Below are positions 1-13,750 of a stretch of DNA of 64,000 bases, piece by piece. Where the stretch lies: contig OX597822.1 of the NCBI GenBank assembly GCA_951406725.2, forward strand, positions 16,120,001-16,184,000. Reading direction: 5' to 3'. The DNA is from Octopus vulgaris. Taxonomy: Eukaryota. The notes under the pieces are model-generated. The model saw only the letters and a list, made by a program, of their open reading frames with translations. It was not told where the DNA came from and made no database searches. Positions within the stretch are counted from its first letter, which is position 1; every line of letters starts with the position of its first letter. Made by a program: the position numbers and the translations under genes.

Positions 1-3
1 ACC

Positions 4-92
<89 letters not shown>

Positions 93-106
93 ATATATAT
101 ATATAT

Positions 107-158
<52 letters not shown>

Positions 159-597
159 TATATGTACCATACGTTTTATTCTATTACACGAAGTAAAAAT
201 TGCAATACTACGCTGAAGACGATAATAGATATTGCCAGTATAATTTATTTTAGGATATTAGTTTCAAAACGTTTTGCAACATTTTACAACAGCTTGGAAT
301 TATATGAGCTGAGATGAGTTTCAGAAATATTTTAGTAGTTAGCAAATGTATTTAGCAAAACAAGCAGATCAAAAATGTGAAACCAAATGAAATTTCAACG
401 CCACAGCGTTTAAAATAAATTCCATCTTTATTAATGGAAAACATATCGTTAATGGAAAACGTATATTTAACCTTAAACTGATCGTTTTTATATCAAAATA
501 CTTTAATATGGCTTGAAGTAAAATACTCAGTTTTTGAGAAATATATCTTATTTACAAAGAAGTTTCCAATTTATATCCATTTAAGTTAAAATATATT

Positions 598-1145
598 ATT
601 TTCTATTCTAGGCACAAAGCCGAAATTTTGTGGGAGGGGTCCAGTCGATTAGATCTACCCCGAAAGAATGAAAGACAAAGTCGACCTCGGCGAAATTTGG
701 ACTCAGAACGTAGCGGCAGGCGAAATACATATTTCTTTACTACCCACAAGGGGCTAAACACAGAGGGAACAAACAAGGACAGACAAACGGATTAAGTCGA
801 TTATATCGACCTCAGTGCGTAACTGGTACTTATTCAATCGACCCCGAAAGGATGAAAGCAAAGTCGACCTCGAAGGAATTTGAACTCAGAACGTAGCGGC
901 AGACGAAATACCTATTTCTTTACTACCCACAAGGGGCTAAACACAGAGGGGACAAACAATGACAGGCAAAGGGATTAAGTCGATTATATCGACCTCAGTG
1001 CGTAACTGGTACTTATTTAATCGACCCCGAAAGGATGAAAGGCCAAGTCGACCTCGGCGGAATTTGAACTCAGAACGTAACGGCAGACGAAATACGGCTA
1101 CGCATTTCGCCCGGCGTGCTAACGTTTCTGCCAGCTCGCCGCCTT
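598..1145 (-). mobile_element. tRNA-derived Meta/MESC-domain SINE (family B), trimeric array
   Basis: Head GGCGGCGAGCTGGCAGAAACG, B box GAGTTCAAATTCC, Meta-like GCCTTTCATCCTTTCGGGGTCGAT..AAGTACCAG core repeated at a 183-184 bp period. Confidence 0.8.
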
Positions 1146-1304
1146 TTGAGTTAAAACATATCAAACCGCAAGAATGTATATCCCAAAATTAGTCAAACAA
1201 AACACATTTTGCTTCTTTTATTAGTGCTACTACAGCTATTTTGCTATGATGACCGCATGGAAACAGAGAGAAATGTGAGCAATCACGTTTGCTGCAGATT
1301 CAGG

Positions 1305-1439
1305 TTATTTCCTAGAAAAACCAATGTTCCAATGATTACAAGTATTGGCAATTTCGTCGAATGGTACAGCAATATTTGCGAGAATTACTGAAGGCAATGC
1401 ATCGCAGTGCAAGGTGAATGCAAAATAAAATATATAAAG
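1305..1439 (-). pseudogene. GREB1-like exon remnant
   Basis: Follows a 76-nt GTAAG..CTAAT..CAG intron, in phase; CDALPSVILANIAVPFDE resembles LDGLPCIVILTGKDPLGE; TAA at 1305-1307. Confidence 0.5.
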
Positions 1440-1515
1440 CTGCCCATAAGTTAAAATTAGACTCGTTTGAAAGTTCTCAATTTAAACTTGTATTAGAAAT
1501 GCCTAAGAGGCTTAC

Positions 1516-1621
1516 ACGATTTTTGCAACTCACAAATTCATCGAAAAGAAACTTTATTAAGGCGAAATGGTGAGTAACAGACTAAATGCCTTTCACATCT
1601 CCCATTCGAGAGATGCTAATG
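1516..1621 (-). pseudogene. GREB1-like exon with TAG
   Basis: TTGATTTGTAG acceptor and GTAAGC donor; GDVKGI*SVTHHFALIK resembles GNPATELSVATHFVARLK. Confidence 0.5.
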
Positions 1622-2672
1622 CTACAAATCAATATTATTCGAGAGAAGTGTATAATGCTGGTTGAAGCTGATTTTAACTCGATTTCTAATCTCAGACAAG
1701 GAGGGTAAAATGTTTTGAAATGCATGATCATTACAATAGTAATCCGCCCATTAGTATGTCACACAGACCTAGTGTAACCAGGACTCCCTTTTTATCATAT
1801 GACTCTTTTTACAAACTAGATCTAAGCATGGATGGTTGTTAATAGTTTTATTCCACTACGAGCCATCACAAATTATATTTCGCTATTTGCATTTGAAAAC
1901 CATTTAATTGTTCTGTAGAGAATCATAAATTCAACAAAGTATGTTTTAATGAGAAATTGTATCACTTTTTCCTTTACAAATATTTCTTCGCATAGTAATA
2001 TAAATATGCCAATATTTAAAATTGCGCGGCCTACATCACAAGACGACTCTCCTTCGTGTCACAATAAATAGATTCTGAAATTATCCTTTTAAGAGTTAAC
2101 AGATCATAAACCTAGTAGCATTTACTATTTCAGCTTTTAATTCAGATATAAAAATTGATATGATATGGAGATCAAAATGCCAATTAATCTAGTCTGAATA
2201 AATAATAGCCACTTTTATCTTACACTTTTTGCGCAGTTTAGAAAATACCACTGGTACAGTTAACAAATTCTGTATCAATGGGTTTCTAGTTTTTATTTGA
2301 AACATTAAACATTGGAAATTTGAATTGATAGAGCAACAGTATTTACGTATGTCCCTTAGTATTTCGCATTTCAGTAGCAAAAGATGTCTTTTGGGTTCGG
2401 TAGTTAATTACAGGGTCCATTAATTCGTCTCCCAGCTCTGAACTTCGAGTCAATCTTTAAATACACACCATACTTATAAAAGTTTTATCTTTCTAGGCAG
2501 TTGAAGCACAAACAATAGAATTATATTGGTTTTGTCACTCAATAAAGTAAACATCACAAATGTAAGTTGAAATGTTCATGCAATGAGCAAAATATAACAT
2601 TAGCTCAATTACAAATAATAAGGCATCAAGTAACAAATAAAAATATTAGGGTAGGATTTAACATTATTAGAC

Positions 2673-2825
2673 CTGTCTAATGTCTGGTGAAGTAGGCTTG
2701 AGAATATTGTTGAGTAGGTGTAGAAAATTGTGCACAAAGCATGGAGTGAATGGCAGGAAATCGAGTAAAATTCTTTCTCACAGACAGCATAAGTTAATTT
2801 GAACTGCTGTCGTCTTTTTTCTATT
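2673..2825 (-). pseudogene. GREB1-like exon remnant with stops
   Basis: Phase-compatible with the previous exon; TRFPAIHSML...QQYSQA is the strongest GREB1 match; TAG and TAA in frame upstream. Confidence 0.65.
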
Positions 2826-3777
2826 CTGCAAGTTTGGAGTAATTTCCAGTTTGACTTGTTGATGATCGTTGCATTGAAATTTAATATGAAATATCATATT
2901 AAATTTCAATTAACTCAAATTTTGTGACCCCGCAGTTATGAGTTCTAATTCTACAACAGAGAGCAGGTTGGAAAGTGATATACTCCATCGGACTGAAGTA
3001 TTCATTTACATTTTAATTAGCTTCATGTAAATATCAACAATGGATCTTCTAGGCACGCGTAATATCCCATACATTCGGCTAACAATACATGTACAATTAT
3101 ATTAATAATTACTGTTACAATAATAATTGATGTTTTGTTTCATATTTAATGAACTGAAAATTGTACAACGGAAAAGTTTCATTCAATTGAAAATGTTTTT
3201 CTTTCTAGAAACATCTTCCATTCAGCGGATTCGTGTTAAAACATTTGTAAAATTTATTCCATCGCATGGTTGACTTAATAGAACAGCGAAATTAATGAAA
3301 CTTTTAATTAGATAAAATTAATATTTGCGAAAAGAAAAAGAAAATATTCGTCTAAATGATGTTTTGCATACGAAATATGTTTTTTTGTTTTTTTTGAAAA
3401 TATACATCTATTTACATATACGTAGAACAAGCGTACACACTGGCACGTGCGCCAAGCTTTCAAAAACATATACACACATGCACGGACACACACATCAACA
3501 CACACACATTCAAACATATATGTAATATTCTATTATACGTATGTCTGCACCAAAATGTATGTGTGTGTGTGTGTGTAAATCAAAAAAGAAACACGAGTAA
3601 AATTTGGAACAAAGTGAAAACAAACAAAGCAGAATCCTTCGTGGAATCAGACAAGCGAAACGCGTGTCTGAAAAGCTTAGAAGGAAGTGAAAAACCGATA
3701 AGTGTGCAGTAAAGCTTAATACGCCCATAGAATTATCTATCTAATTCTCTCTCTCTTTCTCTATACACACACACACG

Positions 3778-3813
<36 letters not shown>

Positions 3814-4005
3814 GAGAGAGAGAGAGAGAGAGAAAGAGAAAGAGACAGATATATATATATATATATTTAATATATATATGGAGAGAGACAGACAGATATG
3901 CATGTGTGTGTGTGTGTGTGTGTGTGTGTAGAATATACCTATCAATATATATTTCTCTCTCTCTCCCTCTCTCCCTCTCTCTCTCTCTGTCTATATATAT
4001 ATATA

Positions 4006-4330
4006 GGCGTGGGTGTGTCGTAAGAAGATTTCTTCCCAACCACATGGTCACGAGTTCAGTCCTACTGCCTGTCACCTTGAGCAAGTGTCCTCTACAATAG
4101 CTGCTGGAAAGTGTCGTGAGTGTATTTAGCAGAGAGAAACTGAAATACGCCCGCCGTATGTGTGTGTGTTGCCTGTTGCCCGCCACCGCTTGGTTGTGTC
4201 ACCGTAACGTAACGATTCAGCAAAAGAGATCGATAGAATAAGTGTCAGGCTTTAATGTGTTCTGGGGTTTATTCGTTCGACTATAATTCGTCAATATGGC
4301 CGCAGTCCAATGACTTAAACAAGGTAAAAG
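4006..4330 (+). mobile_element. tRNA-derived SINE family A, diverged
   Basis: A/B boxes, CCTTGAGCAAGTGTC core, tail ..GGCCGCAGTCCAATGACT..; homologous to 62061-62430. Confidence 0.75.
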
Positions 4331-4409
4331 AGATATATATATATGTGTGTATGTGTTGTATGTGTGTATGTGTGTATGTGTGTGTTTGCATATATGTATA
4401 TATGCATGT

Positions 4410-4690
4410 GAGCGGGTGAGTGGCCTAGTTGTTAGGGTGTTTTACTCAGGACTGCGAGATCACGGGTTTGATTTCCAGACCGTTATTCTCTTGAGCAAAG
4501 CTCTCTATCTCTCACTTCCCTGCGACCACTTTGACGACTGACGAGTGTTAAAGCATTCCCACAGTCAGACAACGTCGATTTGATGGGAGAAGGAGCAAGT
4601 ATTTGATCCCTATAAACAAATCATCAGGGCAGAGTGTACAGCAAAAACTTTCAGAAACATCTTTCTCGACCTCCAGAGACTGCCATCAAC
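4410..4690 (+). mobile_element. tRNA-derived SINE, degenerate
   Basis: TGGCCTAGTTGTTAGG A box, GGTTTGATTTCC B box, TTGAGCAAAGC core. Confidence 0.5.
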
Positions 4691-4771
<81 letters not shown>

Positions 4772-5274
4772 TCTCTGTTTTCTTTAAATAACCTATATTT
4801 CTCTGGATTAAATATCTCATAATCTAGAGCAGTATTCCCTAAATGGTTTCTCTCTGCTAAATACACTCGCAAGGCTTTCCAGCAGCTATTGTAGAAGACA
4901 CTTGCTCAAGGTGTCATGCAGTAGGACTTAATATCTTCAACGACTAATCCAACACAGAAATTAACAAAATTAATTCAAAATTAACAGAATAAATCTAATT
5001 AAGCATAAAATAATGACGTAATCAAATGGAAAACAATTAAAAGAACCCAATTCTTTACTTATACATGTGTAAGATACGCTTTTTCGTAAATTATCGTAAA
5101 TGACGTAGTAACAGACGGACTCTTGATACAAACTTTATTTATTTTAAGTTGGAACTAAAGTTTCCTACCTTAAATCCGGTCAATGATGACAACTGCTTCA
5201 AATACGGATCACAACGGTGTGTGGGCATACATAATGAAAGACTTGTTTCATCGTTGAATATTAAGTTACGTTTG

Positions 5275-5670
5275 CCTTTTACTTGTTTCGGTCAGTAGAC
5301 TGTGGCCATGCTGGTGCACTGCCTTGAAGTTTTAGTCAAAACGAATCGACTACAGTACTTCCTTTTTTAAGCTTGGCATTTATTTTAATGATGACTTTTG
5401 CCGAACCGCTAGGTCACGAGGACGCAAACATGCCAACACCGGTTGTCAAGCGGTGGTGGAGAAAAGCACATAGACACACACACACAAATAAATATATGAA
5501 TAGTACGGGGTTCTTTCAATTTCCGTCAACCAAATCCACTCACAAGGCTTTGGTCAGCCCGAGGCTATATATAGTAGAAGACATATGCCTGATGTGACAT
5601 GAAGTAGGACTGAACCCCGAACCGTATAGTTGGGAATTAAACTTCTTACCACACAGCCACACCTGCGCCT
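5275..5670 (-). mobile_element. SINE family A
   Basis: Reverse-complement match to family A over its whole length. Confidence 0.8.
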
Positions 5671-5739
5671 ATACCTGTCCAAAATATGTGTAATCGTATT
5701 AATACACTGGATAGTTTGGATTTGTGGAATACAAATATA

Positions 5740-5875
5740 AATATATTGCAATGGAGAAGGCTGCTGGTTAATTAGGTATGCAACCGTTACTAAGAGAAAG
5801 CAATTATTAAAGGCTTGACCGTCTGGAATGTTTTTAATAAATTCATGTTCCAAGCACACATTGTCTCTCTAATAT

Positions 5876-5917
<42 letters not shown>

Positions 5918-6058
5918 CATGTTTGATTTCGTTATCACACATTAGAATTTTGCAATTCAACGTAAAATATCATAAATATTATTATAACTCGGAATCAAAC
6001 GTTAAAATATTATCAAGAGACGAACAGAAACCCCTCCAGAGGGTGGTCTTTCTGCTGG
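5740..6058 (+). mobile_element. Short non-autonomous Helitron
   Basis: 5' ~110 bp and 3' hairpin + CTGG are homologous to the ends of the adjacent 6059-8398 Helitron. Confidence 0.7.
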
Positions 6059-8398
6059 TCTATACTATAATGAGGAAGGCTACTTATTAATATGTATGTA
6101 TTAATATGTATTAGGTATGTAACAATTACTAAAAGTACTAAAAAAAAGGCAATATTAAAAGCTTGACCATCTGGAAATATTTTTATAAATTCAATGTTCT
6201 AAGAAATTGCCTATGATTTCGATTTCTAAAGTTTATTGAATTTTTTAACTCCAAATCCTCGCAAATCTAAATATTCATTGCATTCACTGCGTTCAATTTT
6301 TCATGGTGGAGAAGATTTTAATGTTTAATAATAAAAACTATGAATTCGTTGCAGGCAACATTTTGTGTTTTTATTTGCAACAGTCTCTCACTCTCACTCG
6401 CCTATGTTTTCCTTAATGATAATTCAATAATCGCTATATATATCTTTGATACAAGACATAATTTCAAGAATATTATCAGTTTCCGGTGTTTGTTAAAGAG
6501 ATATTTTTTGATAAAATGAAGGTGTTTTAATATACCGGTGTAAATTCTGATTGATTTTATGTTAAATGAATGCATGCTATTACACAAAATAACTGTACAA
6601 CTTTGATACGAGGCGCAATTTTCAGAATATTATCAGTTTTCGGAGTTTGTTAAATAAAATGAAAATTCGTTAATATACCAGTATAATTTTTTTTTAATGA
6701 AGAAGTGATTTTCTTGGTATGGCTACTTGGAACGCTATAAGCCTTACGATAATAGCTATGTGGTGGCTGCTATTTCTAGCACGCTAAACAAGCTTTCATT
6801 TATATATAATATGCGACTGAAAAATAAAAAAAAATAGCAGGAAAGGCACAACGGCAGGGAACAGAATCAGATGAATCCAGGGCAAAGCGACTGAAACAGA
6901 TGCCTGAATAGGCACAGAGACGTAGACATCATTCTGCTTCTGCTACACATGACCGACTGGTTAGAGTATCCCGAGAGGAGAATGTTCTACTTCAAAATAA
7001 TGGTGTCAGATCTCAAATTGTTGTTGATGCAACACTAAAGCGATCTTTTCTCTGCGATCATGTGGAAGTAGTGGAGTTGACAACCAAAAGTCATTCTGAT
7101 GAAAAAGAGTTTTCTATTAACCTTCTTGATGTAGGAAATGGTATCATTTCTGCTGAACAAAACCTAGGTGAATTCGAAATCAAACTACCCAATGACTCTT
7201 GCCTTGAAAGTGGTACTCTTTCAGATCTATGTGATTTTGTATATGCTGACCTCAAAAATAATTTCACAAACCCTGTGTGGCTTGCAAATAGAATCATCAT
7301 TACTCCAACAAATGAAGCAGCACAATTTGTGAATGATCTTCTGTTGACCAGCATCCATGGTGAGCTAAACATGTACAGAAGCTTAGATACAGTGGATAAT
7401 GAAATTCAGTACCGAATCGAGTTTACCAATAAACTTACAGCATCGGGGTTTCCACCACACATTCTCAAACTGAAGAAAAAACAGTGCATAGTGCTTCTGA
7501 GAAATTTAGATGCTACAAAAGGACATTGCAACGGCACACGCTACATCATCGTCAGTTTACATGATCATGTTGTTGAGGCTGAGATTGCTTCTGGCCCTTA
7601 TGCAGGATCAACTCTGCAAGAAATCCCAAGAAATGTATCTCAAGAAATGGAATGTCCCTTTGCATCTACACGCAAATACTTTCCTGTCAAGCCAGCTTTT
7701 GCCTTGACGCGCAACAAACACAGGGACAGACTTTTGAACAAATTGGAATATATCTTCCGGCACAATTCTTCTCACTTGCTCAGGTGTATGCCGCATTATC
7801 TAGAGTTCGAAAGACGGCTAATGTAAAAAATATTAGCTGAGAGAAATGGAAACAGTATGATTACTGACAATTATGTCTACAACGAGATACTACTTGAAAG
7901 TAAAATATGCTTTGTAGGAAGTTTCAGTAAATAGCGTTAACACATATATTATATGTAAAGCAAGATGTATTTGTGTGGAATGAAATTGTTTTAGCATATT
8001 TCAACACTTGCCGAATGAATGCTATCGTTATAGTAGATCATTTTAAATTTGGGTATATTTGAAGAAGTAAGGAAACGTCATTCCTATGTGTTCTCGCAAC
8101 GCCAGACTTTTCTGTGTGCGAGTGTGTGTGTATCCATCCATCCAACCATCCATCCATTCATCCCCCTGTCTATCTATCTATCTACACCTATTTAAGTTCT
8201 ACCAATTATTAATAATAAATTTACATAAAAAAGGGAGATTATGACTGTGATAAAGTAATGAAAGCTATATTTACTAATTAAGTGAGAACTATTATAAAAA
8301 GAAATAAATAGACATAAAATATAAAAGTTATTATAACTGGAAATCAAATGTGGAAATAGCATAAGCAGAAAACCGCCCGGAGGGTGGGTTTTTGCTAG
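6059..8398 (+). mobile_element. Internally deleted Helitron
   Basis: 5' TCTATACTATAATG; 3' GC-rich hairpin AAAACCGCCCGGAGGGTGGGTTTT followed by CTAG|T; contains a RepHel N-terminal remnant (~6810-6960) fused to the Pif1 helicase C-terminus. Confidence 0.9.
7007..7897 (+). pseudogene. Helitron Pif1-family helicase C-terminal fragment (frameshifted)
   Basis: IITPTN, SGFPPHILKLK, LLRNLD..GHCNGTRY, FPVKPAFALT; after a shift QGQTFEQIGIYL...QVYAALSRV. Confidence 0.92.
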
Positions 8399-9139
8399 TA
8401 TAGATAATATTGATTCGAATATATGTAAATTTTATTCTCTTAGGAATCCGAGAAATTACTTTTTAGGAGTGTTTCGTTGATTCAGATGTCAAATCTGTTT
8501 TTAATATTCCTCGTTAATATTTTACGTTTAAAGTTGTTTTTCTCTTTTATGTTAATCTCCAGATTAGCTCTGTTCGAGCAGAATTATGATTAAATGGATT
8601 TAGCTTGTGACCATCCAATCCTGTCGTGTGGAATTTCTTTTTGTCATATTGATTGAGAATCTTTGTCGCTCGTAGAAACTTCAATTGTTTCTCTAAAATG
8701 ACTCTCAGATGCTTCACATATTCCGGTGGCTCTTCATTATGTTTACCGACAGGTCAGCTCGTGTTAAGAAGAGTTATAATGAAACCGATTCCAGCCGTGG
8801 CCACCTAACATTTCTTTTCTGCAGTGAGCCAAAAGACACATTTCTTGCTAAATTTGAGAAGTTGACAGTTATCTCTAGCAAGTCATTTAAACACTACCGC
8901 ATAGTGGGGCTAGCTGTGTCATCATTAGCAAACATTTGTCTTTTTTATAGCTTTCAGAATTAAAATATACGCGATTGATATTATTCCTGAGGTTTATGGT
9001 TCTATAGTTTCACACTAAGAATCTCATTGATGCCGAACATCTGTTCTTTAACGATATTTAAAATGTGTCACTGATAAAGGAATTCGTTCATTAAAGAATC
9101 TGGATAAATCATGTTTATTGCCACTTAAATTACATTATA

Positions 9140-9240
<101 letters not shown>

Positions 9241-9701
9241 TTATATATATATATGTATATATGTATGTATATATGTATGCGTATATATATATATACATAC
9301 ATACATAACTCAGAAGCGCAAGTAAATGAGTGATATATCTTTTGTTATCTTCATATTTCATGTTTCATAATTAATAAGGTTTAGGAGTTTTTCAGATGAA
9401 CTGAATGTCTGCAAACAGAAAATAAGTGTGTATTGACATCGGAAATCGCATAACTAAGTAAAATTGCTATAAATTTTCCACACGTAAATTCAAATTTGCA
9501 AGTTCAATCATTGCAAGTTCATCCAATTTTTTAAAGCTTAAAAATTTCTAAATTCACGTAATACACTTATACATATACACACAGACGCTCACATACACCA
9601 CACATATATACCCACACATATATGTATGTATGTAGATAGATACATAGGTAGACAGATAGATAAAACTTACTTGGAAATGGATGCGTTGTGTTCGATCAAT
9701 A

Positions 9702-9743
<42 letters not shown>

Positions 9744-10102
9744 TATATACATACATATATGTACATACCCACATATATGAGTATATATACATGGATATAT
9801 GCCTACAGGATGTCAAAAAAACGTTAACAAAATGAAAAACGAGAACATAAAAAAACAAAAACTTGGAAAACGGACATTTTTCGAACAACGATAGAAACAA
9901 CTAAAGAAGCGAGACAGGCAACATAAAGAACAATCCTTTCATCAGTTGTCCCCTGTTTAATCAACTTCTAACTCGAAACGCGAAGTAGATAAGGTATCAA
10001 AGAAGCTCTAAGAATTTCATAAGAATGAATGATGTATACATTCATTGTATGTTAATACGTAAACAGATTATGAACAGTTTATGGAATATACATGTAATAT
10101 AG

Positions 10103-10133
<31 letters not shown>

Positions 10134-10145
10134 CAAATCTGTGTG

Positions 10146-10184
<39 letters not shown>

Positions 10185-10660
10185 TTCGATGCATTTATGT
10201 ATGTAACTGTATATATATAATAGATGTGTGAGTGTTTGTGTGTGTATGTGTATACATAGATGTGTATCGATGCACATATGTATGTAAATGTGTGTATATG
10301 CCTATATATATATATATACATATATAGGTTTCTGTGCCTATATGGATTTCCAGATATGTACATATATAAGCATGTATGTATATTTATATTAAACATAACT
10401 ATTTATGTATCCATTAATGAACTGTATATATATATATATATATATATATAGTGTCTGTATGTGTGTGTGTCTAAGTTGGGTGTGTGTATTTCTAAATGAA
10501 TGTGTGTGCTTACCAACGATGTAATTTGATATATGAGAGGAATTGTTTATGCCTCATGATCACAAATTAGTGTTAATATTCGTTTAATGTGTGGTTTATT
10601 AATCATCAACCGTTAAAAAATTCCAAGAGCTTCTGCAAAGAGATGTGCTCGTGGACCTAC

Positions 10661-10788
10661 CTGTGCTGAAAGTTTTATACTCGATCTTATCATATTTGCT
10701 TTCTTGCAAAGTAAATATGGAAGCGTCTTTCTTCATCTCACCATAATTCATTTTATATGCTTCGAAAACGTTGTGTTCATATGCAACA
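10661..10788 (-). pseudogene. GREB1-like exon, 128 nt, open
   Basis: TAATTTCTTTAG acceptor and CAG|GTAGGT donor; VAYEHNVFEAYKMNYGEMKKDASIFTLQESKYDKIEYKTFST. Confidence 0.55.
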
Positions 10789-10927
10789 CTAAAGAAATTA
10801 ATGTTGATATGAATGGTGTTGATAGTGATGCTGTGAGCTGGCATATTGTACATCATACGCGCACGCATGTGCATATGTGTGGCTTTGTGTTTGTGTGTGT
10901 CAATTTTGTTGATAATAAATCTTATGC

Positions 10928-11121
10928 CGTAGAAAACTTCGCATCACGTCAGTCTCCTATTTGAGAAACTCATAAAGCCGAGGAATTTCTATGGATGCAA
11001 TATTCTGACATTTCTTTCGAGCCTTATAAGTGTCCAATGAAGAGAAATTGTATTGTAAAATGCTATAGCAACTAGTTGTTGGATATCGATATTTGGAAAA
11101 TGACATTTATCTTATTTTTCC
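10928..11121 (-). pseudogene. GREB1-like exon remnant (stops in all frames)
   Basis: Strong acceptor TTTCTGTTTTCTGTTCAG; AFYNTISLHWTL..RI weakly resembles AFNLLVLQ..YTL..RI. Confidence 0.3.
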
Positions 11122-11761
11122 CTGAACAGAAAACAGAAAGTAAATGGTATGTAGCTGCTGCGACTACAACGGCAACAGAACACATTGTTGATATTTTGAG
11201 TATGTTTATACATCATATTTCATAGAGAAAATATGATTTTTATCTATCTGAAATATAGCATTCCAAAAACTCATTTGAATATTAAGCAATAAACACTGGA
11301 GATAGATTGAAGATAATTTCAAAACAATCATTTACAAAAAGAAAGAATAATAGATCTCAGTGCTCAAATGCATTTTAATAAGTTGCTGTAGACTTGCATT
11401 TCATTATAAACGTATTTATTATAACGCTTTACTGGACCAAACATTGTGATTTTTAAATACACATGACAAAATATCTCCTGAACAAAAATTCATTAACATA
11501 ACCCTACGCATAAAAACTTTCACTCTAATCACATCCATCTGGTAAACGCATTATACAGCATGAAATTTAGTCATGGAAACGTAGTCATTTTTAACTAGTT
11601 TGCTATAAAAATATTTCTTATCTACAAATGTTTGAATCAATAATATTAAAATAACTCGACTATATCTTAAGCACGCAAGCTCACAGTTTGAAAATATATT
11701 TCAAATTTATATAATTTAAAGCAGATTAGAAAAGTTTAAGAACTAAATTTATTATAATCAC

Positions 11762-11927
11762 TTCCGATGATGCTCAGGCAATTGCGCTTTCGACAAATAA
11801 TGTACAACTTAGTATATCTAATTATTGATGCTCTTATCGTATATCTGAGAAAGATAGGGAAGAATACGTGTTGCTGAAGATATCTGAATAAGGACGAAAT
11901 ATAAGCGGAATCTCCATCCGTGCTCCA
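11762..11927 (-). pseudogene. GREB1-like exon, open
   Basis: TTGTTTTTATCAG acceptor, phase 0; WSTDGDSAYISSLFRYLQQHVFFPIFLRY...YTKLYII resembles KYVVRL..FEVFMRR..YTLFVL; weak donor GTGATT. Confidence 0.5.
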
Positions 11928-12681
11928 CTGATAAAAACAAATGCAATATTTGAAATTGATTAATATTATCTTTTCCTCCATGGATAATTATTTCTAGGTA
12001 GATTTTAATTTGCAGTAAATTTATCGAAAATATTAACTAACTTTAGCAACATTTAGTGAATATACTGTTACGTTGAGGAAAATATGTACCACAAAGTATC
12101 TGCTTCACAAACTGGAAGTTATGATTACGTTACGTATCACAGAACTGCGACGGAATTCATTCTGAAAAAAGTATTATATTCGAAAATAGTATATAAATAT
12201 TACACATGGTATAAGCTTTGCATGATAATGAAACATGCCGTCTATTGTGGGCATAATAAAATGCTACAGTCATCTTTTAACACTCAATACGTACAATACA
12301 CACACACAAACACACATACGCACACACGCACACACGCACACACGCACGCACACAATCACACACAAACACATACATATATCTAAATGTAACACATATTTAG
12401 CACATATTTAATAATTACAACTGTTTGGGTACCATTGTGTTTTTATTGCCACTGCATGTAGAAGGTCCGAGGGAAAGTTACATAATCTTTGATGTTTTAC
12501 ACGATAAAATGGCACTTCAACCAACTTGCAAAGAAAGGTGCGCCCTTCCATATATAGGGTAGACTAATAATAAAACCATTCTGTCGCCAGCAACAAAACA
12601 AACAATAAGCAAATGTGAATAAGAGTAAAAACATGAAAGTGACAATAAAGTAAAGCGGATCTCATAAAGGAGAAGGATATT

Positions 12682-12883
12682 TTTTTACTTGTTTCAGTCA
12701 TGTGACTGCGACCATGCTGGAGCACCGCCGTTAGTCGAGCAAATCGACCCCAGAGCTCATGCTTTGTAAGCCTAGTACTTATTTTATCGATCTCTGTTGC
12801 CGATCCGCTAGGTTACGGGGACGTAAACACACCAGCATCGGTTGTCAAGCGATGTTGGGGGACAAACACAGACACACGAACAT

Positions 12884-12950
<67 letters not shown>

Positions 12951-13105
12951 CATACACACTTCTTCCAGTTTCTCTCTATCAAATCCACTTACAAGGCTTT
13001 GGTCGGCCCGAGGCTATAGTAGAAGATACTTACCTAAGGTGCCACGCAGGGGGAATGAACCCATGACCATGTGGTTGGTAAGCAAGCTACTTACGACACA
13101 GCCAC
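12682..13105 (-). mobile_element. SINE family A
   Basis: Near full-length match with an internal (CA)/(TA) tract. Confidence 0.85.
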
Positions 13106-13158
13106 AAAATAATAATAATAATAATTATTATTATTATTATTACTATTATTATTATTAT

Positions 13159-13714
13159 TGAATTTGAGAGCAGTGCATGCCATCAAAGTGACACTAGGAT
13201 ACAAATATACGAAGCCCAGTATACCCATCATGACTACCCGTCTGATAAGTGTACACCAGGCACATGCATCACAACCATATGTGCGCGACATGGTGATCTC
13301 ATATCAATATAAACAGCACATGACCTTGCAGGTGGGGCCCAGTTAGAATTTTCTTCTGGTCGATTAGCCCATCCTGCTCAAAAGGTCCCTGAATAAGGAT
13401 TGTTTAAGGATGTTGAAGGAACCACCCATTTTTCCAAAGGTGAATTATCCAAACCCATGAGAATTCCTCTCAACACACGTCTATCATGCTCCCTCACTAC
13501 CTCTGCTCGTGATCAGAGATGCACATATCGTCAGCCACTAAGGGACATGCTCAACTGGTTAAGGTCAAACAACTGACAAGCAAATCTGTGGTATTGAGCA
13601 GAATATTTGCTGTAGCCCAGCTTTTATACTAAGACAAAACAATGCACATGATAACACTTCAAATCAGTTAAGATCAGAAGCCATGGGAGTCACTGTCTGG
13701 TACTGCATCAGGGA

Positions 13715-13718
<4 letters not shown>
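13159..13718 (-). mobile_element. ~560-bp (TAA)n-flanked non-coding repeat (family C)
   Basis: Highly similar to the reverse complement of 21856-22416; (TTA)n on both sides. Confidence 0.8.
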
Positions 13719-13748
<30 letters not shown>

Positions 13749-13750
13749 AT

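Noticed and set aside
598-1145. Regularly spaced repeats as a CRISPR array
   Set aside because: Units are ~184 bp with no unique spacers, no cas genes, and eukaryotic SINE sequence.
2250-2492. Additional GREB1-like exon (KGHT*ILL vs GRGHMLII)
   Set aside because: Position is right, but similarity is too short and stops too many to list as a feature.
7062-7826. Host PIF1 gene
   Set aside because: Intronless, frameshifted, lacks the Walker A region, and enclosed by Helitron termini.
9925-9955. CTGATGA on the minus strand as a hammerhead core
   Set aside because: No suitably placed GAAA or stem II downstream.
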